Virus record (IMG/VR): IMGVR_UViG_3300033121_001869
Span: 45,076-109,075 of that record
Source of the DNA: a virus
Lineage: Duplodnaviria; Heunggongvirae; Uroviricota; Caudoviricetes
Direction: 5' to 3' (one strand)
Length of the DNA: 64,000 nt
Shown: piece after piece, positions 49,463 to 57,059 of the stretch
Numbering within the stretch: the stretch's first letter is position 1
Layout of the letters: every line of letters starts with the position of its first letter
Notes under the pieces: model-generated
What the model was told of the DNA's origin: nothing
Database searches by the model: none
What the model saw: only the letters and a program-made list of their open reading frames with translations
Made by a program: the position numbers and the translations under genes

Positions 49463-50121
49463 TTCTGATTTTTATTTAACCATTTTCTTACTGCATTATC
49501 ACTAACACCATATTTTCTACTTGTTGCTGAATAACCAAAATCCTCTATTTCCTTTTTTAGATCTTCGATGTTAGGTCTTTCAACTTTTCTTCTTTTTTGT
49601 CCATAACATTTAGAACAAATTTCAGATTTTCTATCTTTTTTAAGTCCGCACTTACAAATGTTTCTTTTTTTTAAATTTCGTCCAGCAAATGTATCTAATC
49701 CAGCATTGCAATTAGGACAAACAATTCTTAAATTTTGTAGTCTGTTATCATCACAAACTCCATTTATATGGTCTAAAATTAATGCAATTTTCATACCATT
49801 CCAATTCTCGTCTTGACCACATAAGCAACATTCTCGTTTTAAAATACCATCATTATATAATCTATCTTTTAGATGTCCTCTACTAAATGTTGATTTTTCA
49901 ATTAAAATTTCACTAAGTGGTATTTTAGTCTTCAACATCAACATTTTTGAGTAATTTTTTGTAAAATGTTCCGTTGAAATATCATATAGTTTTATAAACT
50001 TTCTCAGAGTAGAGAAGTTCGACCCAGCAATTCCTAATCCAAGTTTATTTAAAACTTCTCTTTGAGTTTTTGATTCTGAAATTATTTTCATCAAATTTTC
50101 TTTAGACCAATTTGCTTTCAT
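49420..50121 (-). CDS. HNH homing endonuclease
   Basis: CCLCG, LDHING..DDNRLQNLRIVCPNCN. Confidence 0.9.
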   Translation of the reverse strand: MKANWSKENLMKIISESKTQREVLNKLGLGIAGSNFSTLRKFIKLYDISTEHFTKNYSKMLMLKTKIPLSEILIEKSTFSRGHLKDRLYNDGILKRECCLCGQDENWNGMKIALILDHINGVCDDNRLQNLRIVCPNCNAGLDTFAGRNLKKRNICKCGLKKDRKSEICSKCYGQKRRKVERPNIEDLKKEIEDFGYSATSRKYGVSDNAVRKWLNKNQKIINSSPTSITFIS

Positions 50122-50196
50122 ATATATTTTTTATTTTTATATATTAAAATGTCTAACTTCTATACCCATTTAGATTCGGATGTTTTACCAATTTTG

Positions 50197-50270
50197 CTAC
50201 CATGGGTGGATTCGAACCAAACCATTATGAGGGTCAAAACCTCATGTCCTGCCAGTTAGACGACATGGTA
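50197..50270 (-). tRNA. tRNA-Gln(TTG)
   Basis: TACCATG acceptor, loop TTTTGAC, GGTTCGAATCC; no encoded CCA. Confidence 0.88.
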
Positions 50271-50276
50271 AATTTG

Positions 50277-50350
50277 ATGTCCTGTTTGGAATTGAACCAA
50301 AATTTTCACTTTCAAAGAGTGATGTAATAAAACCATTATACCACAGGACA
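50277..50350 (-). tRNA. tRNA-Gln(TTG)
   Basis: TGTCCTG acceptor, TCACT-CTTTGAA-AGTGA, TTCAATT T-loop. Confidence 0.85.
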
Positions 50351-50356
50351 ATTTAG

Positions 50357-50428
50357 TTATTGTGTCAAGATTCGAACTTGAATTGCCAACTTCAAAGGAA
50401 GGAGTGTTAGCCATTACACTACACAATA
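50357..50428 (-). tRNA. tRNA-Gln(TTG), two mismatches in the anticodon stem
   Basis: TATTGTG acceptor, CCTTC-CTTTGAA-GTTGG, TCAAG-TTCGAAT-CTTGA. Confidence 0.7.
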
Positions 50429-50430
50429 AT

Positions 50431-50460
50431 AAAAAAACCCAGTCAAGATTGACTGGGTTT
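50431..50460 (-). terminator. attenuator terminator 1
   Basis: AAACCCAGTCA-ATCT-TGACTGGGTTT plus TTTT on minus strand. Confidence 0.9.
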
Positions 50461-50483
50461 AATACTATATTTTTAGCAATAGA

Positions 50484-50540
50484 TTACCTGTCAACCTCTC
50501 GGATGTTATTTTGCTGCTGTTGCTGAGTAATCATTTTCAT
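50484..50540 (-). CDS. Gln-sensing leader peptide MKMITQQQQQNNIREVDR
   Basis: five consecutive Gln codons (CAG CAA CAG CAG CAA); 3' end carries the antiterminator AGGTTGACAGG. Confidence 0.85.
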   Translation of the reverse strand: MKMITQQQQQNNIREVDR

Positions 50541-50611
50541 AAACTTTCTATTTTATCTTTTAATTTTTTAACTGTTGAGAATATCTTTCCAAAATATTCT
50601 GCTCTTTCAAG

Positions 50612-50684
50612 TAGGGTATGCCAGACTCGAACTGACGATCTCATGGTCCCAAACCATGTGCGTTACCAACTACGCTAATACCCT
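50612..50684 (-). tRNA. tRNA-Pro(TGG)
   Basis: AGGGTAT acceptor, CATGG-TTTGGGA-CCATG, TTCGAGT. Confidence 0.9.
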
Positions 50685-50685
50685 A

Positions 50686-50757
50686 TATATGATGCTAATT
50701 CGAACCCACAAACCAAGGCCTCAAAAGCCCTGCTCTACCAATCGAGCTCATCACATC
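50686..50757 (-). pseudogene. degenerate tRNA (anticodon TTG), T-stem unpaired
   Basis: GCTC/GAGC D-arm, AGGGC-TTTTGAG-GCCTT, TTCGAAT with mismatched stem. Confidence 0.55.
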
Positions 50758-50764
50758 AATTTTG

Positions 50765-50835
50765 CGGTCCCTCCCGGAATCGAACACGGGATCACCACCC
50801 ACACTGGTGGTACTCTACCCTTAAGCTAAGTGACC
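50765..50835 (-). pseudogene. degenerate tRNA with non-canonical 6/8-nt anticodon loop
   Basis: GGTCACT/AGGGACC acceptor, CCACC-AGTGTG-GGTGG, TTCGATT. Confidence 0.55.
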
Positions 50836-50894
50836 ATATCCAATTCTATATTTTACCCATTAAACCGGTCTATGAATTGGTAACATTCTCCTTG

Positions 50895-50966
50895 CGGTCC
50901 ATACGGGACTTGAACCCGTTCCTCCAAGTTGACAGCCTGGAAGCTTAACCCATCGCCTAATGGACC
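50895..50966 (-). tRNA. tRNA-Asp(GTC)
   Basis: GGTCCAT acceptor, CCAGG-CTGTCAA-CTTGG, G73. Confidence 0.85.
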
Positions 50967-50971
50967 AGTTG

Positions 50972-51046
50972 CGGACATGAAGGGATTCGAACCCTCGATC
51001 TCGCTCCGTGACAAGGAGGTATGTTTGACCTCTACACCACATGTCC
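50972..51046 (-). tRNA. tRNA-Asp(GTC)
   Basis: GGACATG acceptor, loop TTGTCAC, GGGTTCGAATCCC, G73. Confidence 0.88.
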
Positions 51047-51092
51047 GTTCTGAGAGTTCCTTTTCCTCCACGGAAAGTCACTCACAACCTTG

Positions 51093-51177
51093 CAGTAACG
51101 ACGGGAATTGAACCCGCTACAATATATTCCAATCACAGGGCGACAACCTGCTGCACCAACCATTATGCGCCGCTACT
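51093..51177 (-). tRNA. tRNA-Asp(GTC) with a 17-nt variable region
   Basis: AGTAGCG/CGTTACT acceptor, GCAGG-TTGTCGC-CCTGT, GCGGG-TTCAATT-CCCGT. Confidence 0.7.
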
Positions 51178-51744
51178 ATTTTTAATAAAATTATTTCTAT
51201 AATCAATAACTTTATCAATAATTTCGTGTCTATATTTACTATGTAAATAATTATGATGTGTTGCACAAAGTGGTATTAAATTCTCTGGGTTATTGTTAAA
51301 TTTATTACCATCAAAATGATGAACATCTAATAATTTACTCTCCTCACACACAATACATAAATGCTTATGATTTTGAAAACAAATTTCTCTATATTTTATA
51401 GAATATCGACTTTTTCTTTTATCATATTCATCTATGCTTTTCCAATTTCCGTTGTTTTTACCACTTCTAAACAATGTATTCGAACAAGATATTGAACACG
51501 TTGCTCTTTCTCTTTTACCACCATTAAAAGTTTCAAAATTTTTTTTACAAATTGGACATTCCTTTTCTATTTTTTCATATTTTATTTTTTTACTTTTTCC
51601 ATTGTCAAAATGATCTGTATTTAAATTAAAATCATTTATAATTTTTTTAGCCTTTGAATATCCAACACCATTTATCGGGAGATTTATAATTTTACAAAAA
51701 TCTGAAAGACTATAACAGATATTGATAATTTCATTATAATTCAT
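51163..51744 (-). CDS. HNH endonuclease inside the tRNA cluster
   Basis: CIVCEE..LLDVHHFDGN..NN.PENLIPLCATHH. Confidence 0.88.
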   Translation of the reverse strand: MNYNEIINICYSLSDFCKIINLPINGVGYSKAKKIINDFNLNTDHFDNGKSKKIKYEKIEKECPICKKNFETFNGGKRERATCSISCSNTLFRSGKNNGNWKSIDEYDKRKSRYSIKYREICFQNHKHLCIVCEESKLLDVHHFDGNKFNNNPENLIPLCATHHNYLHSKYRHEIIDKVIDYRNNFIKNSSGA

Positions 51745-51807
51745 AAAACATTTTAATTTTATATATTTAAATGTCTTACTCCCGCTATTTGGGTCAAACT
51801 TATGTTG

Positions 51808-51882
51808 TCTGAAAAGTAGGATTTGAACCTACGATCTCTTACTTCCAGGGTAAGCGAGGACTCCGAGCTCCTCCATTTTCAG
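51808..51882 (-). tRNA. tRNA-Pro(TGG) with C33
   Basis: CTGAAAA acceptor, CTTAC-CCTGGAA-GTAAG, GTAGG-TTCAAAT-CCTAC. Confidence 0.82.
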
Positions 51883-51896
51883 TTTTTTACGCAAAC

Positions 51897-51931
51897 AAAA
51901 AACCCAGTTTGTTTTTTAGACTAACTGGGTT
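51897..51931 (-). terminator. attenuator terminator 2
   Basis: AACCCAGTT-N13-AACTGGGTT plus TTTT on minus strand. Confidence 0.85.
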
Positions 51932-51953
51932 CACCTTATTATAAACGTATTAA

Positions 51954-52052
51954 TTATCCATTTATACCAACACAGTTAGTCTCCAATCGATCGGGTTGAT
52001 CGACAACAACCTGCGGTTGTACTTGGTTAACTATGTTGATTACTTTGTTCAT
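51954..52052 (-). CDS. leader peptide MNKVINIVNQVQPQVVVDQPDRLETNCVGING
   Basis: TAATATATA 6 nt upstream; contains AGACTAACTG complementary to the terminator 5' arm. Confidence 0.78.
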   Translation of the reverse strand: MNKVINIVNQVQPQVVVDQPDRLETNCVGING

Positions 52053-52151
52053 TTTTATTATATATTATAATTGTTAAGTCCCTTTTGGACATTTTTTATT
52101 ATAGAATACAAATATAGATAAGTTTTTTCAAATAAAAAATTATTTTTGAAA

Positions 52152-53540
52152 TTAATTTCCAATTTCTTTTAACCAATCACTCATTTCTAATGATTTCCAA
52201 GCACCCTCCAATTCATCATCTGACATTTCTGTTAGATCTGTCAAATTAAAATTAGAAGACGCTGATAGTAATTCTATTATCTCTTCTCTATTCATAGTAT
52301 TAAATGGAGAATCAAAAGATTCAAATAGCCTAATATATCTCATACTCTCAGAACTCTCAATATATTGGAATTGTCCAGATTTTAACATATCAACATCTCT
52401 TTGAGATGTATGGAATAATTTAACAAAATTATCTAATACTTTAAATGTTCTCTCAATATCCTCTGGATGAAAAAGAAGTCCATATCTTTTTAAATTATCA
52501 TTAGATATTGCTGTAATAATATTTCCAACTTTTCCGATAACTTTAAATCCATCCGGACATTTTGTAACAATATCATGGAAAGCAAAGCTAAATTCACAAT
52601 TTTCCAAATCTATACCATCAAATAAAAAAGATTTATCATAACTTGTTAATTTTTTTGAACTTTGTACAAATTTACCTGAATCTTTTACCTCACCACCATG
52701 AAAAACAACCATTGATTGCATACCGTAACATAAACCAAGAATCGGACACTTAAGTATCTCCAAAGCCTTTTTACTTGCCAATGGCTCCGACTCATCTAAT
52801 GGTTTTGTAAATCTATAATCTGATCCAGATAAGATAGCACCAACGATATTATCATTAGAATTAATTCTACTAACATCTTCTGGATTTGTAGCAACAATAT
52901 ATTCAATTCCTCGCATTTTTAAATATTTTAAAATATTATGTAAAAAACGATTCTCTTGTGGTTTTGCATTATTTACTACCATAACTTTTTGATCCCCAGA
53001 AAGAGGAGCCAATTTAACATCTTCAGCAACATATGTTTCTGGATATTTATCTATAAAAGAGAAATCTTTTGTCTGAAATTTAAATCCAAAGGCATTTATA
53101 AATTTAGTCAAATCTTTTATAGAATCATCACATAATCCAAAGTGTGTTTCGGGATCCGCTTTTGATCCTATACCATTGTAATGGATAACATCTAATTTAT
53201 TAGGTTGTTTTACACTAAATTCGGATACCATACTATCACCATATGTAATATCAATAAGGATTTTTAGCTTATTATCCTCTTTAACAAAATGCATATCAAA
53301 TTCTAATGTATCGGGCTCACCATCTGCCAGAGCATTTCCACCAAATTCTTCCATTGTATTATGCTCATAGCAAATTCTTAGAATATCTATCTCTCTAGTA
53401 ATGGTATCCTTTTTCATGGAAAATTCACCATTAGACGTATAAATTCTGAATTTTTCAGGTAAGAATTTCTTTATAGCCTCATCATAAATAACAACCGAGT
53501 CCTCATGATTAGATTCATAGAAAGATTTTAAATACTTCAT
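52152..53540 (-). CDS. class I glutamine amidotransferase (GuaA N-domain-like) fused to tagged modules
   Basis: ILSGS, PILGLCYGMQ, LLFHPE triad; MKYLKSFYES; internal MRYIRLFES at 52343. Confidence 0.8.
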   Translation of the reverse strand: MKYLKSFYESNHEDSVVIYDEAIKKFLPEKFRIYTSNGEFSMKKDTITREIDILRICYEHNTMEEFGGNALADGEPDTLEFDMHFVKEDNKLKILIDITYGDSMVSEFSVKQPNKLDVIHYNGIGSKADPETHFGLCDDSIKDLTKFINAFGFKFQTKDFSFIDKYPETYVAEDVKLAPLSGDQKVMVVNNAKPQENRFLHNILKYLKMRGIEYIVATNPEDVSRINSNDNIVGAILSGSDYRFTKPLDESEPLASKKALEILKCPILGLCYGMQSMVVFHGGEVKDSGKFVQSSKKLTSYDKSFLFDGIDLENCEFSFAFHDIVTKCPDGFKVIGKVGNIITAISNDNLKRYGLLFHPEDIERTFKVLDNFVKLFHTSQRDVDMLKSGQFQYIESSESMRYIRLFESFDSPFNTMNREEIIELLSASSNFNLTDLTEMSDDELEGAWKSLEMSDWLKEIGN

Positions 53541-53556
53541 GAATCTATATATTAAA

Positions 53557-54249
53557 TTATAGAAAATTTTTCAGTACTATTTCACACTTATCCAAATCAA
53601 AAATATCATTCGTTCTTATTTTATTTTCCATGTCAATAAATACAGTAGCATCAATATTAGTATTAATAATACTTTCAGTTATTTCTTTAATATTATCTGG
53701 ACCAATTCCTCCGGAATACCCAGTGTAGCATTTAAAAGGTGGTGAAATTTGATTTATTAATTTTCCAGTGCCTCCACTAGAATCATATAAAATATTTAAA
53801 TTTTTTGGAATATCTCCATTGAGTAGATTATCAATCTCCTTAGAATTGTATTTATTATATTGAAGTATAATACTTTGATCAGTAAAATTTCTCATGTGTT
53901 CAACTAAAGGATCGATAGTATATTTACTACTTCTCTCAAAATTGTAGTTCAACTGAACTCTTGAAAAACCTGAGAGTATAGTCATTAATCCAAAATTCTC
54001 TTCCTCAAATATTTGTCTTGACCACCAGCCACAAAAGTGAGCTGATAATTTAAGACTCATATTTCTCTTTTCGTTTTCTTCTGAAAGCTTCATAATCCAT
54101 GGAAGTGTTGGATATTTACCCATTCCTTCTTGTGATTTACTAAAAAGTATTCCAAATTCAACAAATGGATATTTTTCACCCAATGAAAATAAATCCTCGT
54201 AGTTTGTTGACATATCAGCCCCAGTTAATACAACTCTATCAATTTTCAT
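53557..54249 (-). CDS. TIM-barrel protein, TrpF-like (phage family)
   Basis: LTGAD, VEFGIL, LYDSSGGTG, GYSGGIGPDN, IDMENKIR. Confidence 0.55.
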   Translation of the reverse strand: MKIDRVVLTGADMSTNYEDLFSLGEKYPFVEFGILFSKSQEGMGKYPTLPWIMKLSEENEKRNMSLKLSAHFCGWWSRQIFEEENFGLMTILSGFSRVQLNYNFERSSKYTIDPLVEHMRNFTDQSIILQYNKYNSKEIDNLLNGDIPKNLNILYDSSGGTGKLINQISPPFKCYTGYSGGIGPDNIKEITESIINTNIDATVFIDMENKIRTNDIFDLDKCEIVLKNFL

Positions 54250-54580
54250 ATTTAAATATGTTTTTTTGTTTTTGTCTATCAGAAATTTGACTTTCCCATT
54301 TTTTATTTTTCAATTCTACTTCTGATAAAAGTTCTTCCAAGGAGATATTAAATCTAGAACATATCAAAAGTAAATTTTGTAATGTGTCTGCCATTTCTTC
54401 CTTTATATTAGATAAAACTTCCTCATTTGTTTCCCTTAATATCTTACGTCCAGTAGTTTTATTAATTTCTCGGATTAATTCACCAGATTCTTCAACAAAT
54501 TTACAAACGGCTTCGGAAATTGAACATTTATCTGTTTTGTCGAGAGTTTTAATTTCCTCGTATATTTTTTCTATTTTCAT
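54239..54580 (-). CDS. MazG-like NTP pyrophosphohydrolase
   Basis: EESGEL...KEEMADTL...KNKKW. Confidence 0.8.
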   Translation of the reverse strand: MKIEKIYEEIKTLDKTDKCSISEAVCKFVEESGELIREINKTTGRKILRETNEEVLSNIKEEMADTLQNLLLICSRFNISLEELLSEVELKNKKWESQISDRQKQKNIFKYEN

Positions 54581-54852
54581 TTTATAATCTCATTTAATTT
54601 TTTTTCTCTTAGGACAGATACACTAATTGGACACCATTGTGGAACTTTAACATTTTTAGTCTGATACGGTCTTAATCCAACATCAATAGATTTAAATGGG
54701 TATCTATCTACCAAATATTCAGATTTTTTATCGGGAACTTTCATGACTTTTGTACAAACTAAAGCAACATCATCCTGATTAAACCAATCCGTAGGATCTG
54801 GATCTTCAACAACCTTATGGTTTGGACAATCTATGCATCTTTCGTAGTGCAT
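54577..54852 (-). CDS. small Cys-containing protein with C-terminal tag
   Basis: CIDCP...PQWCP; ends LREKKLNEIIK. Confidence 0.65.
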   Translation of the reverse strand: MHYERCIDCPNHKVVEDPDPTDWFNQDDVALVCTKVMKVPDKKSEYLVDRYPFKSIDVGLRPYQTKNVKVPQWCPISVSVLREKKLNEIIK

Positions 54853-55118
54853 TAGTCTAAAATTTTTTCTATTTTATCATCACGAAATTCAACCTTCAGT
54901 AATGATTTAATATATTCAGCCATTCTAATACCCCTTACTTCTATTTTATATCTAACATTTGAATTTACAACAATATTCAATACCCATCTATCATGGTCGA
55001 TTGACTCATATTTATGAATATAAACATATTCAAGACCATCTTGAATAAGTCTACCTTCAACTCCAGGGGTTATTCTAGTAATAGCTAGAACATAATCCTT
55101 TCCTTTTTCGAAAATCAT
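54852..55118 (-). CDS. small protein with C-terminal tag
   Basis: ends FRDDKIEKILD. Confidence 0.6.
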   Translation of the reverse strand: MIFEKGKDYVLAITRITPGVEGRLIQDGLEYVYIHKYESIDHDRWVLNIVVNSNVRYKIEVRGIRMAEYIKSLLKVEFRDDKIEKILD

Positions 55119-55591
55119 ATAATATAATTTTTAATAGATTCTTTGCCACCAAATTCTTCTAACTTTCTAATAGCAGAAGATGAAATGTGTTCATACTCTT
55201 TATCACAAACTATAAAGGTAGTTTTGACTCCTTTCTTAAAATCATTGATAAATCGAAGTTGGTTAACTTCATAATCTAAATCATCACCATTTCTTAATCC
55301 ACGCACAACCACGACATTATATCCCTCAGATTCTAAAGAAGAAATATAATCATGTAAAAATCCTTTATAGAATCTAACTTCTCTTTGTATTTTTACTTCT
55401 ATATCTTTGCATCGTTGCTCAACTTTTTTAATGTATTCTTCCAGTCCATCCGAACTAACCTTATCAGGATTAATTCCAAAACATAAAAAAACATTTCCTT
55501 TACCAAAGATAGCTTCTGCTTTTTCTAAAATATTAATATGTCCGATATGGATAGGATTGTAAGATCCTGGGATTATAGCGATAGTTTTCAT
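55115..55591 (-). CDS. coaD: phosphopantetheine adenylyltransferase
   Basis: PGSYNPIHIGH, VRGLRN..DLDYE..., ISSSAIR. Confidence 0.85.
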   Translation of the reverse strand: MKTIAIIPGSYNPIHIGHINILEKAEAIFGKGNVFLCFGINPDKVSSDGLEEYIKKVEQRCKDIEVKIQREVRFYKGFLHDYISSLESEGYNVVVVRGLRNGDDLDYEVNQLRFINDFKKGVKTTFIVCDKEYEHISSSAIRKLEEFGGKESIKNYII

Positions 55592-55623
55592 AAAACAAAT
55601 TTATAAATAAAAAATTAAAAAAA

Positions 55624-55896
55624 CTAATTTATATCATAGTCTTTTACCTGATTGATTATTTTATCATAAGGCTCTACCATATTTATAATAGATTCCATTA
55701 AAGGAATATAATCATCTGTTGTTTCAATATTTCCAATTTTTTCAGTAAGTTCATCATCAACATTTATTATCATTTTATCAGATGTATAATAAAAAATAGA
55801 ATTATAAAATGTGTTTTCATATACCAATCCAACTGATACTAAAATACCACCCTCATATTTACCCAAATAATCAAGAACTGATGCAGTTATCTTCAT
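55624..55896 (-). CDS. hypothetical protein
   Basis: 90-aa ORF. Confidence 0.6.
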   Translation of the reverse strand: MKITASVLDYLGKYEGGILVSVGLVYENTFYNSIFYYTSDKMIINVDDELTEKIGNIETTDDYIPLMESIINMVEPYDKIINQVKDYDIN

Positions 55897-56101
55897 TTAA
55901 TATTTTTTCTATTTTTTCATCCCTGATACTAACCAAATAACCAGCTTGGTTTAGTGTATTAAATAAAGACATTCCAATTGTGTCTCTACCATCTTGAAAT
56001 GAGTATATCATATCACGATAATACTCATGTATTCTTATTTTATCTCCATCTGAAAGACAAGAAATCTTTTGTAAATCCAAATAATAATTCTCTATATTCA
56101 T
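55871..56101 (-). CDS. small protein with C-terminal tag
   Basis: IRDEKIEKILN. Confidence 0.65.
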   Translation of the reverse strand: MNIENYYLDLQKISCLSDGDKIRIHEYYRDMIYSFQDGRDTIGMSLFNTLNQAGYLVSIRDEKIEKILNEDNCISS

Positions 56102-56116
56102 TCATGTGTTAAAATT

Positions 56117-56380
56117 TTAATCAACTAGAAATTCTAATTTCTTAAATTTATCATCTAAGTCAGTGAAAACGATAGATATTTTTTCAACTGTTTTAATTTC
56201 CTCAGCTTCTCCCTTTATCTCATTTATCAACACATCCTTTTTATATGAAATATCAATACCTGGTTCTTCTCCTAAAAATTTTCTTAATGATTCTTTCATA
56301 AGAGAAAGTTTCCAATCATCTCTTTTAAAATCTATTGTTGAAATATATTCTCTAATAGCTATTTCTTTCATTGATGCCAT
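56117..56380 (-). CDS. hypothetical protein
   Basis: 87-aa ORF. Confidence 0.65.
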   Translation of the reverse strand: MASMKEIAIREYISTIDFKRDDWKLSLMKESLRKFLGEEPGIDISYKKDVLINEIKGEAEEIKTVEKISIVFTDLDDKFKKLEFLVD

Positions 56381-56438
56381 ACAAGTTTGTTTTTTATTTT
56401 ATATATTTGCATAACATGTTTGTTTATTAAAGAAGTAT

Positions 56439-57059
56439 ATGAATAATTTAAAAAATTTCACATCTATAAATTGTATTTGTTGCGGAACAAAAATTGAACT
56501 CTATGATGCAATAAACAATCCACATTTTGACATGAATGAATTTATGAATCAATATCAACCAAATGATAGATATAGACCCGAATCGCAAATATGGGAAAAT
56601 GGCATAGTCGAAGGATTATCAGCGGGTTATGGATCTAAACATGATGGTAATATGTATTACATAGGGATTTGTGATGAATGTGTTGAGACAAATACACTCA
56701 ATGGTAGACTTAGATATTCTGGTTGTTATTTGGGATTTGATGTATTCAATGAAAATGATTTATTAGAATTTGATAAGAAAAGAAATCGTGAAAATAATAT
56801 TAATTCACTAATGGAAAATCAATCCACAAATAGCTATAAAATAAAATTGGTATCAAAAAAATGGATCGATATCAAAGAAGGTGATTATAACACTCTACCA
56901 TCAGAAGGAATTAATGTTTTAATTAGTGATGGTATAAATCATGATGTTGCCTATTACATAAGAAGTGGAGAATATAAGTGGTTAAAAGTAAATATTAAAA
57001 ACGATGAGGCTCCAGAATTTGATGATTTTATTCCGATAAAATGGAAATATATCGATTAA
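56439..57059 (+). CDS. two-module protein: Cys-rich domain ending in an internal C-tag, then a DUF551-like module
   Basis: CICCG...CDEC; RNRENNINSL; KWIDIK...LP....VLISDG; TATATTTG upstream. Confidence 0.6.
   Translation: MNNLKNFTSINCICCGTKIELYDAINNPHFDMNEFMNQYQPNDRYRPESQIWENGIVEGLSAGYGSKHDGNMYYIGICDECVETNTLNGRLRYSGCYLGFDVFNENDLLEFDKKRNRENNINSLMENQSTNSYKIKLVSKKWIDIKEGDYNTLPSEGINVLISDGINHDVAYYIRSGEYKWLKVNIKNDEAPEFDDFIPIKWKYID

Noticed and set aside
50836-51092. Spacer hairpins between tRNAs (50836-50894, 51047-51092) as separate ncRNAs
   Set aside because: Simple stems with no recognisable family; likely processing spacers or tRNA remnants
50575-51111. Track ORFs 50575-50829, 50853-51071, 50860-51081 and 50929-51111
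   Set aside because: They overlap tRNA genes; by-products of GC-richer RNA sequence
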